Origin: Phenylobacterium sp.
Lineage (GTDB): Bacteria; Pseudomonadota; Alphaproteobacteria; Caulobacterales; Caulobacteraceae
Direction of reading: 5' to 3'
Length of the DNA stretch: 64,000 nt
NCBI GenBank assembly: GCA_036383735.1
Contig: DASVNS010000240.1
Span: 8,520-72,519, forward strand
Part shown: piece after piece, positions 30,557 through 42,108 of the stretch
How positions within the stretch are numbered: position 1 is the first letter of the stretch
Layout of the letters: each line of letters begins with the position of its first letter
Notes under the pieces: model-generated
Seen by the model: the letters and a program-made list of their open reading frames with translations, nothing else
Database searches by the model: none
What the model was told of the DNA's origin: nothing
Translations under genes and position numbers: made by a program

Positions 30557-30804
30557 GCTGTCCCCCGCGCGCGGGACATGCCCGGCCAGCCTGCTTCTCC
30601 ACCGCGTTGAGCGCCTCGGCAACCCCGCCCCGTCCTGACGCGGCCCCTCAGGCGCACAGCGGCGGTCCCACCGGCGCCAGACCGCCGGCCTCCGGCCGCG
30701 ATCATTACGGAGGCGCCGCCGTTCGCAACCTGCACCAAGCTCTGGGCTGCGGTGCTCTGAGTTTCGCGTCCTAGGGCTTCCACCCTTCGCTGTTTGCGTT
30801 CGTC

Positions 30805-30913
30805 GAGGGGCGCGCCCCTCGACGCGCGTATCCCAAGACAAGATCGATCGAAGACTCGGCCGGCGGCGGTGATTTCGCGTGCTTGACCTTCCCATCATGG
30901 GAAACTCTATCTG
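30805..30913 (+). promoter_or_regulatory. Tandem ECF and CueR promoters for the second ATPase-cueR operon
   Basis: GAGGG-N17-CGTAT (30805-30831); TTGACC-TTCCCATCATGGGAAACTC-TATCTG (30883-30913). Confidence 0.8.
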
Positions 30914-30942
30914 GTCTGGGCGTCGTCGTTGAGGAGCCGTCA

Positions 30943-33449
<2,507 letters not shown>

Positions 33450-33453
<4 letters not shown>

Positions 33454-33884
33454 ACATTGGTCAGGCGTCGAAGGCGTCCGGCGTGACCACCAAAATGATC
33501 CGCTACTACGACGAGATCGACTTGGTGCGGCCGGCGAGCCGGACGGGCTCGAACTACCGCGAATACGATCATCGCCAGATCAACGAGCTGCGCTTCATCA
33601 AGCGCGCCCGCAGCCTGGGCTTCTCGATGGAGGAGATCACTCAGCTCCTGTCGCTTTGGCGAGACCGGGCTCGTCCGAGCCGCGAAGTGAAGGCGATCGC
33701 CGACAGGCACGTGGCGGACCTCGACGCCCGCATCGCCGAGATGCAGGCGATGGCCGACACCCTGCGGCACCTTTCACACTGCTGCGCCGGCGACGATCGG
33801 CCGGAGTGCCCGATCCTCGCAGATCTGATGGACGGCAAGGAGCCATCGGAGCCTGTTGGACGGCGGCGCTCCTTCAATCACTAG
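33450..33884 (+). CDS. cueR: Cu(I)-responsive MerR regulator CueR
   Basis: [13 protein letters not shown]; [12 protein letters not shown]. Confidence 0.95.
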
Positions 33885-33938
33885 CCCTGCAATATCCGTC
33901 CGGCATCAGCGACGGCTCCGAATGGATCTTCTGAGAGG

Positions 33939-34451
33939 CTATCGCCGCCAGCCCGTCGTGAAGTCGAGGGTCCGCAGCAGGGCAAAAGTGTTGCAGCTCG
34001 ACGTCCCGAGCGCACGACAGACATCGGGAATCTTACGGTTCGCCCGCTGGCGGTTCGGGCTCGAGGTCTCGTTGCTGACCACGCAGCGCTCTTGAGGCGC
34101 CCGCAGCGCATAGGCGATCAGGAAGGGGTCGCGACCGACGCGCTCCAATTCGACGTCGTTCAAGTCGGAGGCATATCCATCATCGATGACCCGCTGGACG
34201 TCCTCGGGTGCGATCACCTCGTCGAGCACGACGGCGCGCCTCACTTCAACCCGCTGCAGCCAGCCGTAGAGAAGATCCTTCTCCGCGTCGCCCGTCCCGT
34301 CTCGCACCTCCTCGAAGATCTCGAGCGGCATGCAGATCCGCTCCTGCTCGGCCTGGTGCAGCAGCCAGTCCCAGAACTCCGGCACCCGATTGATCGGGTA
34401 ATAGTTGTTGTGGGCGGTGATCAGGACGTTGGCGTCGAGCAGGTAGAGCAC
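33939..34451 (-). CDS. DUF4411/PIN-like protein
   Basis: YLLDANVLI, YYP...FWDWL, DPFLIAYA, KIPDVC. Confidence 0.85.
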   Translation of the reverse strand: MLYLLDANVLITAHNNYYPINRVPEFWDWLLHQAEQERICMPLEIFEEVRDGTGDAEKDLLYGWLQRVEVRRAVVLDEVIAPEDVQRVIDDGYASDLNDVELERVGRDPFLIAYALRAPQERCVVSNETSSPNRQRANRKIPDVCRALGTSSCNTFALLRTLDFTTGWRR

Positions 34452-35635
34452 TAGCTGGCGCCCCCGGCGACCAACGGCTCCACGTTGCGCGGGCGGACGC
34501 CAAGGATCTTGCCGGCCTTGGTCGGCGTGAGCGTGCCTTCATCCAAGGTCCGACGGACGAGTTGCAGGAGCGCGCCGCCCAGCTTGTGCCGACGAACCAC
34601 ATAGTAATTGGGGCCGCCCTCCGCGGCACGTTCCCGCTGCCGCCGTTCGTCGCGATCCCTCAGATATTCCTCTCGGAAGGCTCCGCTAACCGTTCGCCAG
34701 CGCTCCTCGGTCAGGGCTCCCGTCAGGCGAAGCCGGTACGCCACAAGGGCCCGGCTGATGTGGCGCCCCGTCGAGAACTCGGTGATCCGCTGCTGAACGG
34801 CCGCGAGGTCGACATTGCTGACATCAAGCCCGGCGAGCTCCTCGGCCGGGAGCAGCAAGGCGCTGGCCACGTCATTGCAGAAGCGCTCCATCCGCGCCTC
34901 CATCGACCCGCCGCTGATGCCGGTCTGCCCCAGCACCACATGCGCAAGCTCGTGCAGCAGCGTGAAGGCCCAAGCCGACTTGGCGTCCTGGTCGTTGACC
35001 ACCACGAAGGATGCGATCTCGTCGGCGAGGGCGAAGCCCCGGAAGGCCTCCACGTCGATTGCACTATGGTGCGAGCCGAGGTTGCCGATGAGCAGAACGA
35101 AAACCCCGGCGGCCTCGGCCTGGCGCCGCAGATAATTGAACGCGAGCTCGGTCGTTCGCTGCGCACGGAATTCGGCCAGGTTGAAGCCTATCGCCTCCTG
35201 CACCGCGCGCGCGACGCCGGCGACGCCGTCGCTCAAGGTCCGCGATCCGACGAAGCCGAGCGGGGAGGCGTCCTCGTCCTCCAGCAGCGCACGCACCACG
35301 CCCTGGCGGGCGCGAATATCTCGCACCAGCGCATCCACCGCGCCAGCGGCGTCGGCGCGCTGGTCGTCCGGAAGCGTTCGGAAGTCCTCACCGCGATCGG
35401 CCTTCGGCGGCGGCTTGGCCAGATAGAAGGTGATTAGCGGCCGTCGGTAGACCTGCGCCATCTTCAGCAGGGTGGGCCGGCTGACCTCCCCTTCCCCCGC
35501 TTCCAATGCGGCGAGTCGCTGCGCACCGGCGCCCTGGCGCGTGTCCCGCAGCCCGACCTTCTGTGCAGCCTCCGGCAGCGCGAGACCGGCGGTCTCACGC
35601 GCCCAGGTCAGAATGGCCGGGTTCACGTGGGTCAT
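34451..35635 (-). CDS. XRE-HTH + ImmA/IrrE (M78) metallopeptidase
   Basis: NPAILTWARE HTH; FTLLHELAH; ERFCNDVASALLLP. Confidence 0.9.
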   Translation of the reverse strand: MTHVNPAILTWARETAGLALPEAAQKVGLRDTRQGAGAQRLAALEAGEGEVSRPTLLKMAQVYRRPLITFYLAKPPPKADRGEDFRTLPDDQRADAAGAVDALVRDIRARQGVVRALLEDEDASPLGFVGSRTLSDGVAGVARAVQEAIGFNLAEFRAQRTTELAFNYLRRQAEAAGVFVLLIGNLGSHHSAIDVEAFRGFALADEIASFVVVNDQDAKSAWAFTLLHELAHVVLGQTGISGGSMEARMERFCNDVASALLLPAEELAGLDVSNVDLAAVQQRITEFSTGRHISRALVAYRLRLTGALTEERWRTVSGAFREEYLRDRDERRQRERAAEGGPNYYVVRRHKLGGALLQLVRRTLDEGTLTPTKAGKILGVRPRNVEPLVAGGAS

Positions 35636-35690
35636 GGCGTATCCATGCCCCGAATTGGTTGATGGGGCGAGAAGCTCCTCCAGCTGAAGC

Positions 35691-36275
35691 CTAGCATGGC
35701 GCGGCCTCGGCGCCGTCGGCCTCGTCCCTGGCCAGCCGTCGATAAAGGGTCGCCCGCCCGCACCCGATCAACTTCGCAGCCGACGGCACGCTTAGCGAGC
35801 CGCTGCGCAGCAAGGGGCCATAGTGGGCCCACTGGTCGTCGCTGATCTTGGCGGGACGACCAAACCTTACTCCCCTCGCCTGGGCCGCCACCCGCCCCGC
35901 GCCCGTCCGCTGCAGGATCAAGCTCCGCTCGAACTCGGCAATGCCGGCGAACACGGTGAGCACCATCTTGCCCGCTGCCGAGGTCGTGTCGGCCCACGGC
36001 TCAGCCAAGGAGCGCAGACCCGCGCTGCGCTCGGCGATCTCTTCCGCCAACGTCAACAGATCCCGCGTCGAGCGCGCCAGCCGGTCCAGGCGCGAGACGA
36101 CGATGACATCGCCCTCCCGCAGGTGCTCCAGGAGGCGATCGAGCTCCGCGCGGGCCCGCTTCGCCCCCGACACCTTCTCTTCGAAGATCTTCCTGCAGCC
36201 AGCTTCCCTCAACGCCGCGCGCTGCAGCGCGAGGTCCTGGTCATCGGTCGAAACGCGGGCGTAACCGAGCAGCAT
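35691..36275 (-). CDS. Serine resolvase
   Basis: GYARVSTDDQ, RLDRLARS, FGRP, C-terminal HTH. Confidence 0.95.
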   Translation of the reverse strand: MLLGYARVSTDDQDLALQRAALREAGCRKIFEEKVSGAKRARAELDRLLEHLREGDVIVVSRLDRLARSTRDLLTLAEEIAERSAGLRSLAEPWADTTSAAGKMVLTVFAGIAEFERSLILQRTGAGRVAAQARGVRFGRPAKISDDQWAHYGPLLRSGSLSVPSAAKLIGCGRATLYRRLARDEADGAEAAPC

Positions 36276-36283
36276 GCCGAAGA

Positions 36284-36398
36284 GTCTCAAAACCCGTCTC
36301 GATAGTCAACGCTTTCGAGACCGACTTTTGAGACAGGCCGCGTTGCGGAGAACCGTGCATTCACGCCGCGTCCCGAAACTTAGGAGTTTCGGGACGCG
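36284..36398. promoter_or_regulatory. res site
   Basis: Nested IRs GTCTCAAAA/TTTTGAGAC and GTCTCGA/TCGAGAC plus the palindrome CGCGTCCCGAAACT-N4-AGTTTCGGGACGCG, upstream of the resolvase. Confidence 0.75.
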
Positions 36399-36432
36399 GA
36401 GCCGGACCGGATGGGACTCCACAGCGGCGATA

Positions 36433-36447
36433 GTTCTCGTTATGTTC
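36433..36447 (+). promoter_or_regulatory. Alphaproteobacterial LexA box
   Basis: GTTC-TCGTTAT-GTTC. Confidence 0.75.
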
Positions 36448-36465
36448 GCCCGCAGGAGCCCCCTC

Positions 36466-36834
36466 ATGACGACTGAGCACACGACCCTCGCCGGCGTGCC
36501 ATTTCTCGCCCTCTATCACCACGACGGACGATTCCTCCGACTTCCCGGTCTCTTCGCGTTCGCGCGCTGGAAGGGCGGCGGCCGCTACCAGGTCCTGCAT
36601 CTGGAGCTCGCCGAGGACATAGCGTGGGCTGCCGGACCCGGGCATCCGCGCTGGGGCTGGGCGCTGCAGGCGCGTATGGACACCCTCCTCATTCACCTGC
36701 TCGGAGCCGCACATGCGTTGCCCGAGCCCGGGCAGAGCGTCGAAGCGGACTGGCACCCTGACGCGTGCGTGGCCCTTGGTGCGGACGAGGACGCCCTGGC
36801 GGCGGTCACCCTACTCGTGACGGCGCAAGCATGA
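36466..36834 (+). CDS. Hypothetical protein (degenerate GIY-YIG-like pattern)
   Basis: AGGAG SD; PGLFAFAR...VLHLELAEDI..H.RW. Confidence 0.55.
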   Translation: MTTEHTTLAGVPFLALYHHDGRFLRLPGLFAFARWKGGGRYQVLHLELAEDIAWAAGPGHPRWGWALQARMDTLLIHLLGAAHALPEPGQSVEADWHPDACVALGADEDALAAVTLLVTAQA

Positions 36835-37091
36835 GGCCCCTCATCTACAAGGTGGAGCGGGCCCGCAGCCTGCCCGACGCCGGCAGGCACACCCTCTATT
36901 TCATGATCCGCTCGGGTAGCCGTAGCCGCCCGCATAAATTCTTCCGGCCCGGCGAGATCCCAGAGTTCGACGGCGATGTCGCCTGGTTCGAGATCGAACG
37001 GAAGGGCGGCGCCTGGACGTTCCTGCGCCAAGTGGAGCCCGCCCCTAGGCGGTGCTTGCGCCGCCGGTCGGCCACAGGCCATTCTTGTGCG
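36831..37091 (+). CDS. Small hypothetical domain, in frame with SRAP and lacking its own stop
   Basis: ATGA coupling; PEFDGDVAWFEIER..WTFLRQV. Confidence 0.45.
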
Positions 37092-37754
37092 ATGTGTGGC
37101 CGTTTCGACACTTCTCACCTCACCTGGGCGGAGATCCACGACCAGCTCGCGGGGTTCGCGACAGTCGCCACGCCACCGCTGAATCTGGAACCCAGCGGTG
37201 ACGTGCGACCGACGACCGCCCAGCTCACGGCGCGAATTGGAAGCGATGGTTGGGCGCTCGAAAAGATGCGCTGGGGCCTGGTCCCGTCGTTCTGGAACGG
37301 CAAGCCCCTGAAGGACACGGCCAAAGGGGCGAAAGACGGCTTCAAGCTGACGACCTTCAACTGCAAGGTGGAGAATTTCGCGCCGGCCGCAAAGCGCTCC
37401 GCCACCTTCGCGCAGCCCTTTCAGGCGCGCCGCTGCCTCGTGCCGGCGAGCGCCTGGTATGAGTGGACCGGACCCGAGGGCGCGAAGGCCAAGCATTGCT
37501 TCGCCCGCGCCGACGGCAAGCCGATCTGGTTCGCCGGCCTATGGAACCGTTGTGAGACGACCGACGCCGGCGAGGTCGCCAGCTTCACAATCCTGACCGG
37601 CCCATCGGCCGGATGGTTGGGCGACTACCATGACCGCGCGCCCGTCATCCTCGAGCCGCCGGAATGGGGGCGCTGGCTCGATCCGACGCAGTCCAGCGCC
37701 GAACTCTTCGCCATGGTCCGACCGGAGCGGTTCGAGATCCGGGCGGCAGCCTAA
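37092..37754 (+). CDS. SRAP/YedK abasic-site protection protein
   Basis: MCGRF start, RWGLVP, RRCLVPASAWYEW, HDRAPVIL. Confidence 0.92.
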   Translation: MCGRFDTSHLTWAEIHDQLAGFATVATPPLNLEPSGDVRPTTAQLTARIGSDGWALEKMRWGLVPSFWNGKPLKDTAKGAKDGFKLTTFNCKVENFAPAAKRSATFAQPFQARRCLVPASAWYEWTGPEGAKAKHCFARADGKPIWFAGLWNRCETTDAGEVASFTILTGPSAGWLGDYHDRAPVILEPPEWGRWLDPTQSSAELFAMVRPERFEIRAAA

Positions 37755-37768
37755 GCCCGGGCTGCGTG

Positions 37769-37798
37769 GCCGACGGCGCGAAGCGCCGGCATTTTTTT
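37769..37798 (+). terminator. Intrinsic terminator
   Basis: CGGCGC-GAA-GCGCCG hairpin followed by T7. Confidence 0.6.
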
Positions 37799-37887
37799 CG
37801 GATGGCGAGGGCTGCGCCCTCGCCCCGCAAGGGCCCAGTGCCTCGCTGCGCTGCGGCCGCGCCGCCTCCCTTGCGGGGCTCACCCGC

Positions 37888-38463
37888 TCATTGGCGCGGG
37901 CCTAGTCCCTTTGCAGGACTGGCCTGCAAAGTCGGCCGTAGCGAATTTCCGCGCCAGAGAGGCGCGTCTTGTGCGTGAGCGCCGGCGCGGAGCGCCGCGG
38001 CGCGATCTTGGGCGGGACGATAATGGCCGTGCGAGAAGGCGGGCCAGTCGAGCGCCCAGCCGGCGCCCACCATGATCTCGGCGATGTCGCGGCCCCAGGG
38101 GTCGAGGCAACGAGCCACCAAGCGATCGTGCGACGGCGGCCCTGCTTGGCGGCACGTGAGGGGATGATCGCCGACGGCGGCGGCCAGGTAGCGCGTCGCC
38201 ACAGGGCCGTTCGGCGTCGAGGCCTCCGGCGCATCGACGCCCCAAAGCCTGATCTTGTCCTTGCCGATCCAGAAGGTGTCACCGTCGACCACGCGCGAGA
38301 CGGATCCGACAACGGGGCGGAAGGTCGGAAGCGGCGGGGCCTGCTCCCGCAGCCCGCCGACGACCTGCGGACCGCCCAGCGCGAGGGCGATCGCGGCGAA
38401 CGCAAGGAACAGACCTGTGTTGAGGGTCAGGCGCGGACGCCGGAATCGTAGGAACCGGATCAT
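37888..38463 (-). CDS. Thermonuclease (SNase-like) family protein
   Basis: N-terminal TM; VVDGDT, IRLWGVDAPE, MVGAGWA. Confidence 0.88.
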   Translation of the reverse strand: MIRFLRFRRPRLTLNTGLFLAFAAIALALGGPQVVGGLREQAPPLPTFRPVVGSVSRVVDGDTFWIGKDKIRLWGVDAPEASTPNGPVATRYLAAAVGDHPLTCRQAGPPSHDRLVARCLDPWGRDIAEIMVGAGWALDWPAFSHGHYRPAQDRAAALRAGAHAQDAPLWRGNSLRPTLQASPAKGLGPRQ

Positions 38464-38779
38464 CGGGCCAGCGCCCCTCCATTCGGGGTCGATGCAGCCC
38501 ACCGTCGGTTCCTGGGATTCTCGGCCGAAAACGCGAGGCTTTCCTCGGAAAGCCCCTTGCGGCGGTGGGGGCGGCCTCGCCGGTTTTCCAGTTCGAAGAC
38601 CATAGGAACCAGCGGACTCAAGAATAACTTGTCGGGCGTAGCCCGACGCCGATTGGGGGATGCCGGGTGGGAGGGCGCGTTAGCGCCCGGGGCGTAGCCG
38701 CGAAGCGGCGAAGCGAGCCGGCGGGGGCGAAGCCCCCAAGAGGCGGTGTCTTGGGTGTGGTTTGGGCTTGGCGCGCCGT

Positions 38780-39327
38780 TAGAAGAGACTCTGTTATAGA
38801 TTAAGGTTAAGGCGTTAAGGGCTGTGGATAAGCTAACTAAGCTTTGGAATTTCACGGATTTTCGGCGCGGTCGGTTCCTAATACCCCGCCATTCGGTTCC
38901 TGTTACCACGAATGACGGTTCCGAATACACCGTGAGTTGCGGTTCCTGATCCCCCGTGCAGTGCGGTTCCCGATACCCCGAGGGGCCGGGTTCCTGAAAC
39001 CCCGAGCCCTGCGGTTCCTGAAACCCCGAGGGAGCAGCCGGCCAACCGGCAGGTCGAACGGTTCCTGATACCCCGACAATCGGCCGCCTGGCGGGCCAGC
39101 CGCCCGGTTCCTGAAACCCCGACACGCCAGCAGCGGCAGGCAATGTCGGATTTCTAAATCTATCCGCCACTGGATTCGCATCTCAGCATCGAATCGAGCT
39201 CTTCTACTCGACTCAGGCTCAAGGGCTGGTTCCTGAAACCCCGAGTGGCTGGAGCAGGATTCGCCGAATCGGCGCGAATCGGCGTCCATTGGGCGACTCC
39301 GCCCCAGCGCCGGGTTCCTGAAACACC
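38780..39327 (+). repeat. oriV: AT-rich segment plus 11 iterons (consensus GGTTCCTGAWACCCCG)
   Basis: Copies at 38872, 38894, 38916, 38940, 38964, 38988, 39012, 39059, 39105, 39227, 39312; 22-24 bp periodicity; next to rep. Confidence 0.9.
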
Positions 39328-39389
39328 GAGTCGCCGCACCGCCGGCCGGGTCCGCGCAGGGGAGCTGGTGAACATCGCTCTCCAAGCCC

Positions 39390-40415
39390 CTAGGTCGGCA
39401 TGATCGCCCGCTTGTCGCTGCAAGCGCCCGCGAACTCAGAGGGGGCGTGGCCGTTCTCGATCCAGGCGGACCAGGCCTGGTCAAATTCGCGGGGGTCGCG
39501 CGCGGCGTCGATCCAGGCGGCCCGTCCATCTTCCCTGTGGCGCTGGCCAGCATCGCCGGCCCGGCGCTCTTTGCTCTCCTCGGCGACAAACGCGCGGTCG
39601 ATGAAGAGCACCGCAGGGCTCCCGTCCTGCGTCTTCATCTCCTTCATCGCGTAGCGAGGTAGCTGGTCGGACCGACACATCTCGCGCAGGCGGAAGGTGA
39701 ACTTCTTGAACGGCGACTCGCTGCCGGTCTTGGTGTGCAGCGTCTCCATCTTGCACACCCAGCCTTTCGGCTGACTGCCGGCGTGCTTGCGAGCGACGCG
39801 GTAAATGGCGCGCTCGATGCCGCCGGTCAGCAGGAAATACTCCCGGTCGAGGGTCAGCACCTGCCCGCCCATGATGCCTTCGAGCAGCCAGTCGGGCACG
39901 CGCAACGTGAGCGACTTCAGCTGCTCCGGATCCTCCGGTCCTTCGCCGTCGCCCTCGATGTCGCCCAGGTAGTGGAAGGCGATGTAGCGGCGTTTGCCGG
40001 CGCGGATGTTGGTCTCGACTTCCGTGGTGCGCAGGCGGCGGATCGCCTTCATGAGTTCCACATAGTCCTGCCCGCCGGTGCTGCGCGCGATCCCACGAAG
40101 CAGCTCGTAGGGCGTCGTATGGATGATCGGCCGGACCTCGTTCTTCCCGGCGTCCTTCTGGGCCATGATCCGCGAGATGCACCAGATGAGGATGTCGGCG
40201 TCCCAGATCGTCGCCATGCCGTGGGTCGGGTTGGCGTTCACCTTGATCCAGAGCTTCCCGTCCGGGCTCTCGTAGTGGATCGACTTGTTGCGCTTGCGCT
40301 TCGAAATCGAGAAGAACGGGCGCTCCATCATCTCCGCGCTGTCCTTGGGCGCGTAGTCGACCAGATCGGAGATGAAAAAATCCCGGATGGGATGCGGGTC
40401 TGTGCGGGCGCTCAT
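39390..40415 (-). CDS. repA: Plasmid replication initiator (RPA family)
   Basis: KD..EMMERPFFSISK, GMATIWDADILI, YFLLTGGIERAIY..ARKH. Confidence 0.92.
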   Translation of the reverse strand: MSARTDPHPIRDFFISDLVDYAPKDSAEMMERPFFSISKRKRNKSIHYESPDGKLWIKVNANPTHGMATIWDADILIWCISRIMAQKDAGKNEVRPIIHTTPYELLRGIARSTGGQDYVELMKAIRRLRTTEVETNIRAGKRRYIAFHYLGDIEGDGEGPEDPEQLKSLTLRVPDWLLEGIMGGQVLTLDREYFLLTGGIERAIYRVARKHAGSQPKGWVCKMETLHTKTGSESPFKKFTFRLREMCRSDQLPRYAMKEMKTQDGSPAVLFIDRAFVAEESKERRAGDAGQRHREDGRAAWIDAARDPREFDQAWSAWIENGHAPSEFAGACSDKRAIMPT

Positions 40416-40636
40416 CGCTCACCCATTGGCGCCTTTCCCGCCGCCTTTAGGACCTGGTCGAGGCCTTCGCCGACGAGCGCCTGGACGGTGACGCCGCGCT
40501 CGACGGCCAGCAGCTTTACGGCGCGGGCCAATTCCGGTGAGAAGTAGCCGGCGATCATGGTCTTGCCCGCGCGGGCCCGCCCGGGCGGCGGCCCACGTTC
40601 GCTGATGCGCGGGGCGGCTTGGGGGGCGCGGCTCAT
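40412..40636 (-). CDS. Ribbon-helix-helix protein coupled to rep
   Basis: KTMIAGYFSPELARAVKLLAVE..TVQALVGEGL; ATGA overlap. Confidence 0.8.
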   Translation of the reverse strand: MSRAPQAAPRISERGPPPGRARAGKTMIAGYFSPELARAVKLLAVERGVTVQALVGEGLDQVLKAAGKAPMGER

Positions 40637-40659
40637 AGGGGTTCTCCGTGCGCAGGTTG

Positions 40660-40689
40660 GTGGACGTGTGGACACCTCCACGCGTCCAC
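40660..40689. promoter_or_regulatory. Probable RHH operator
   Basis: 13-bp IR GTGGACGTGTGGA-CACC-TCCACGCGTCCAC, 1 mismatch. Confidence 0.6.
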
Positions 40690-41080
40690 GATGACCCAAA
40701 GCTATGAGTCGGTCGAGGGCCCGCAGCCGAATTCGTGTTGCCGCGATGTTCCAATCCAAGACTCCGGCCAAAAACACAATGGCTCCGCTTGCCTTCGAAT
40801 TCGGTGCGCCGCAGGGTTGCACCAGGCTTTCCGCCGACTCCCCAAAAAATAGCACTTGATCAGCGAATCGCGGCCGGTCTACTGTCGGATTTACCTGGAA
40901 ATACGACATTTTCCGGGCAAGTACCGGTTTAGGGCGCGCGGCTGGCGCTGCGCGGCGAATGATGACGCTCGCGTCGAGATTGCAGTGCAGTAGGAGCGTC
41001 GCGCGTTCCAAAGCCTTGTCGGGCAAGGGCCCACGCCCTGCGACTGGAGCGCTCACTCATGTGACGAGGAGCGCCGGCTG

Positions 41081-41719
41081 ATGGTCTTGGAGCTCACCGC
41101 AGTCCTGGCGCTCGCCCAGCGGTGTGCTCCGTCCGTAGCCCCGGAGACGATGCTGACCATCGTTCAGGTGGAGAGCCATTATAACCCGCTTGCCATCAAC
41201 GTGAATGGCGCGGCCGACCCGGCGCCAGCGCGCACGACCCAAGAAGCGATCCGCACGGCTGAGGCGCTGATCGGCCAGGGCCGCAGCGTCGATCTCGGCC
41301 TCGGGCAGATCAACAGCAAAAATCTCGGTTGGCTCGGCATGAGCGTCGCCGACGCGTTCGACGCGTGCCGCAACCTCGCCGGCGCGGCCAGGGTCCTCGA
41401 GGCCGCCTATCTCAGCGCGGCCCGCCTGGCCCCTCAGCAGCAGGCGCTTCGCATGGCCTTCTCGGCCTACAACACCGGAGACCATCGCCGCGGCTTCGCC
41501 AACGGCTACGTCGCCAAGGTCGAGGCCGCCGCGAGCCGGGTCGTACCAGCCCTCGGGGGCGTCGACCCCGCCCCTCCTTCCGCGCCGACGCCTGCGCAGC
41601 TCGCCCAGGAGATCGCCACAGAGAACCTGTCCGGGCAAGCGCCTTTGGCCGAGGAACCGCCCCCTTGGGACGTGTTCGCGCGCACCAAGGCCTCGCCCGT
41701 ACTCGTGTTCGGAAGGTGA
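41081..41719 (+). CDS. virB1: VirB1 lytic transglycosylase
   Basis: CAPSVAP..VES, SVDLGLGQINS, SAYNTG...GYV. Confidence 0.93.
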   Translation: MVLELTAVLALAQRCAPSVAPETMLTIVQVESHYNPLAINVNGAADPAPARTTQEAIRTAEALIGQGRSVDLGLGQINSKNLGWLGMSVADAFDACRNLAGAARVLEAAYLSAARLAPQQQALRMAFSAYNTGDHRRGFANGYVAKVEAAASRVVPALGGVDPAPPSAPTPAQLAQEIATENLSGQAPLAEEPPPWDVFARTKASPVLVFGR

Positions 41720-41808
41720 GCGAGATGATCGCCTTCTATGACGTCAAACGTGACCACGGCCGCCGACGCGACATATGCTGGACCCCTTGTGAGCATGGGG
41801 TGTGGCGT

Positions 41809-42108
41809 ATGCCCGAGGCGACGATCCGGGAGCGAATGCTGACGAGTCTGCGGCCAAGAAGCGGCAGGATCGTTGGCGTGCGGATCGTCGAGGCGATCGA
41901 CAGTACATGGACAATGTACGTCACGTTGAGCTGGAAGAGCGGAGAATATCTCGTCTCCGTCTACGGCTCTACGAAACCGAAGCGGTACAAACACTTAGCC
42001 GCCGCGGTCGCCCATTGTCGGGATGCGTACAAATACTACGGCCCGATAATTCTCGAAACTGAGAAGCAGGAGCCTCCCCCCCATGATGAGCTCACAAGCC
42101 ATCACTAG
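41809..42108 (+). CDS. KorA-like repressor candidate (alternative start 41725)
   Basis: Sits between virB1 and virB2 as korA does in IncN/IncW systems; small basic protein. Confidence 0.5.
   Translation: MPEATIRERMLTSLRPRSGRIVGVRIVEAIDSTWTMYVTLSWKSGEYLVSVYGSTKPKRYKHLAAAVAHCRDAYKYYGPIILETEKQEPPPHDELTSHH

Noticed and set aside
30883-30942. ORF-track TTG start for the second ATPase, and similar extensions at 2001, 19118, 41056, 58100 and 61580
   Set aside because: The extensions run through promoters or neighbouring genes; downstream starts have an SD, coupling or better promoter fit
35691-36398. Resolvase as part of a Tn3-family transposon
   Set aside because: No transposase or GGGG-type terminal IRs seen; more likely plasmid multimer resolution
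38872-39327. Repeat array as a CRISPR
   Set aside because: 16-bp degenerate repeats with mostly 6-8 bp gaps, no cas genes, adjacent to rep and an AT-rich tract: these are iterons
38460-39589. ORFs 38460-39170 and 38903-39589 (GFQEP/GFRN repeats)
   Set aside because: Translations of the iteron array
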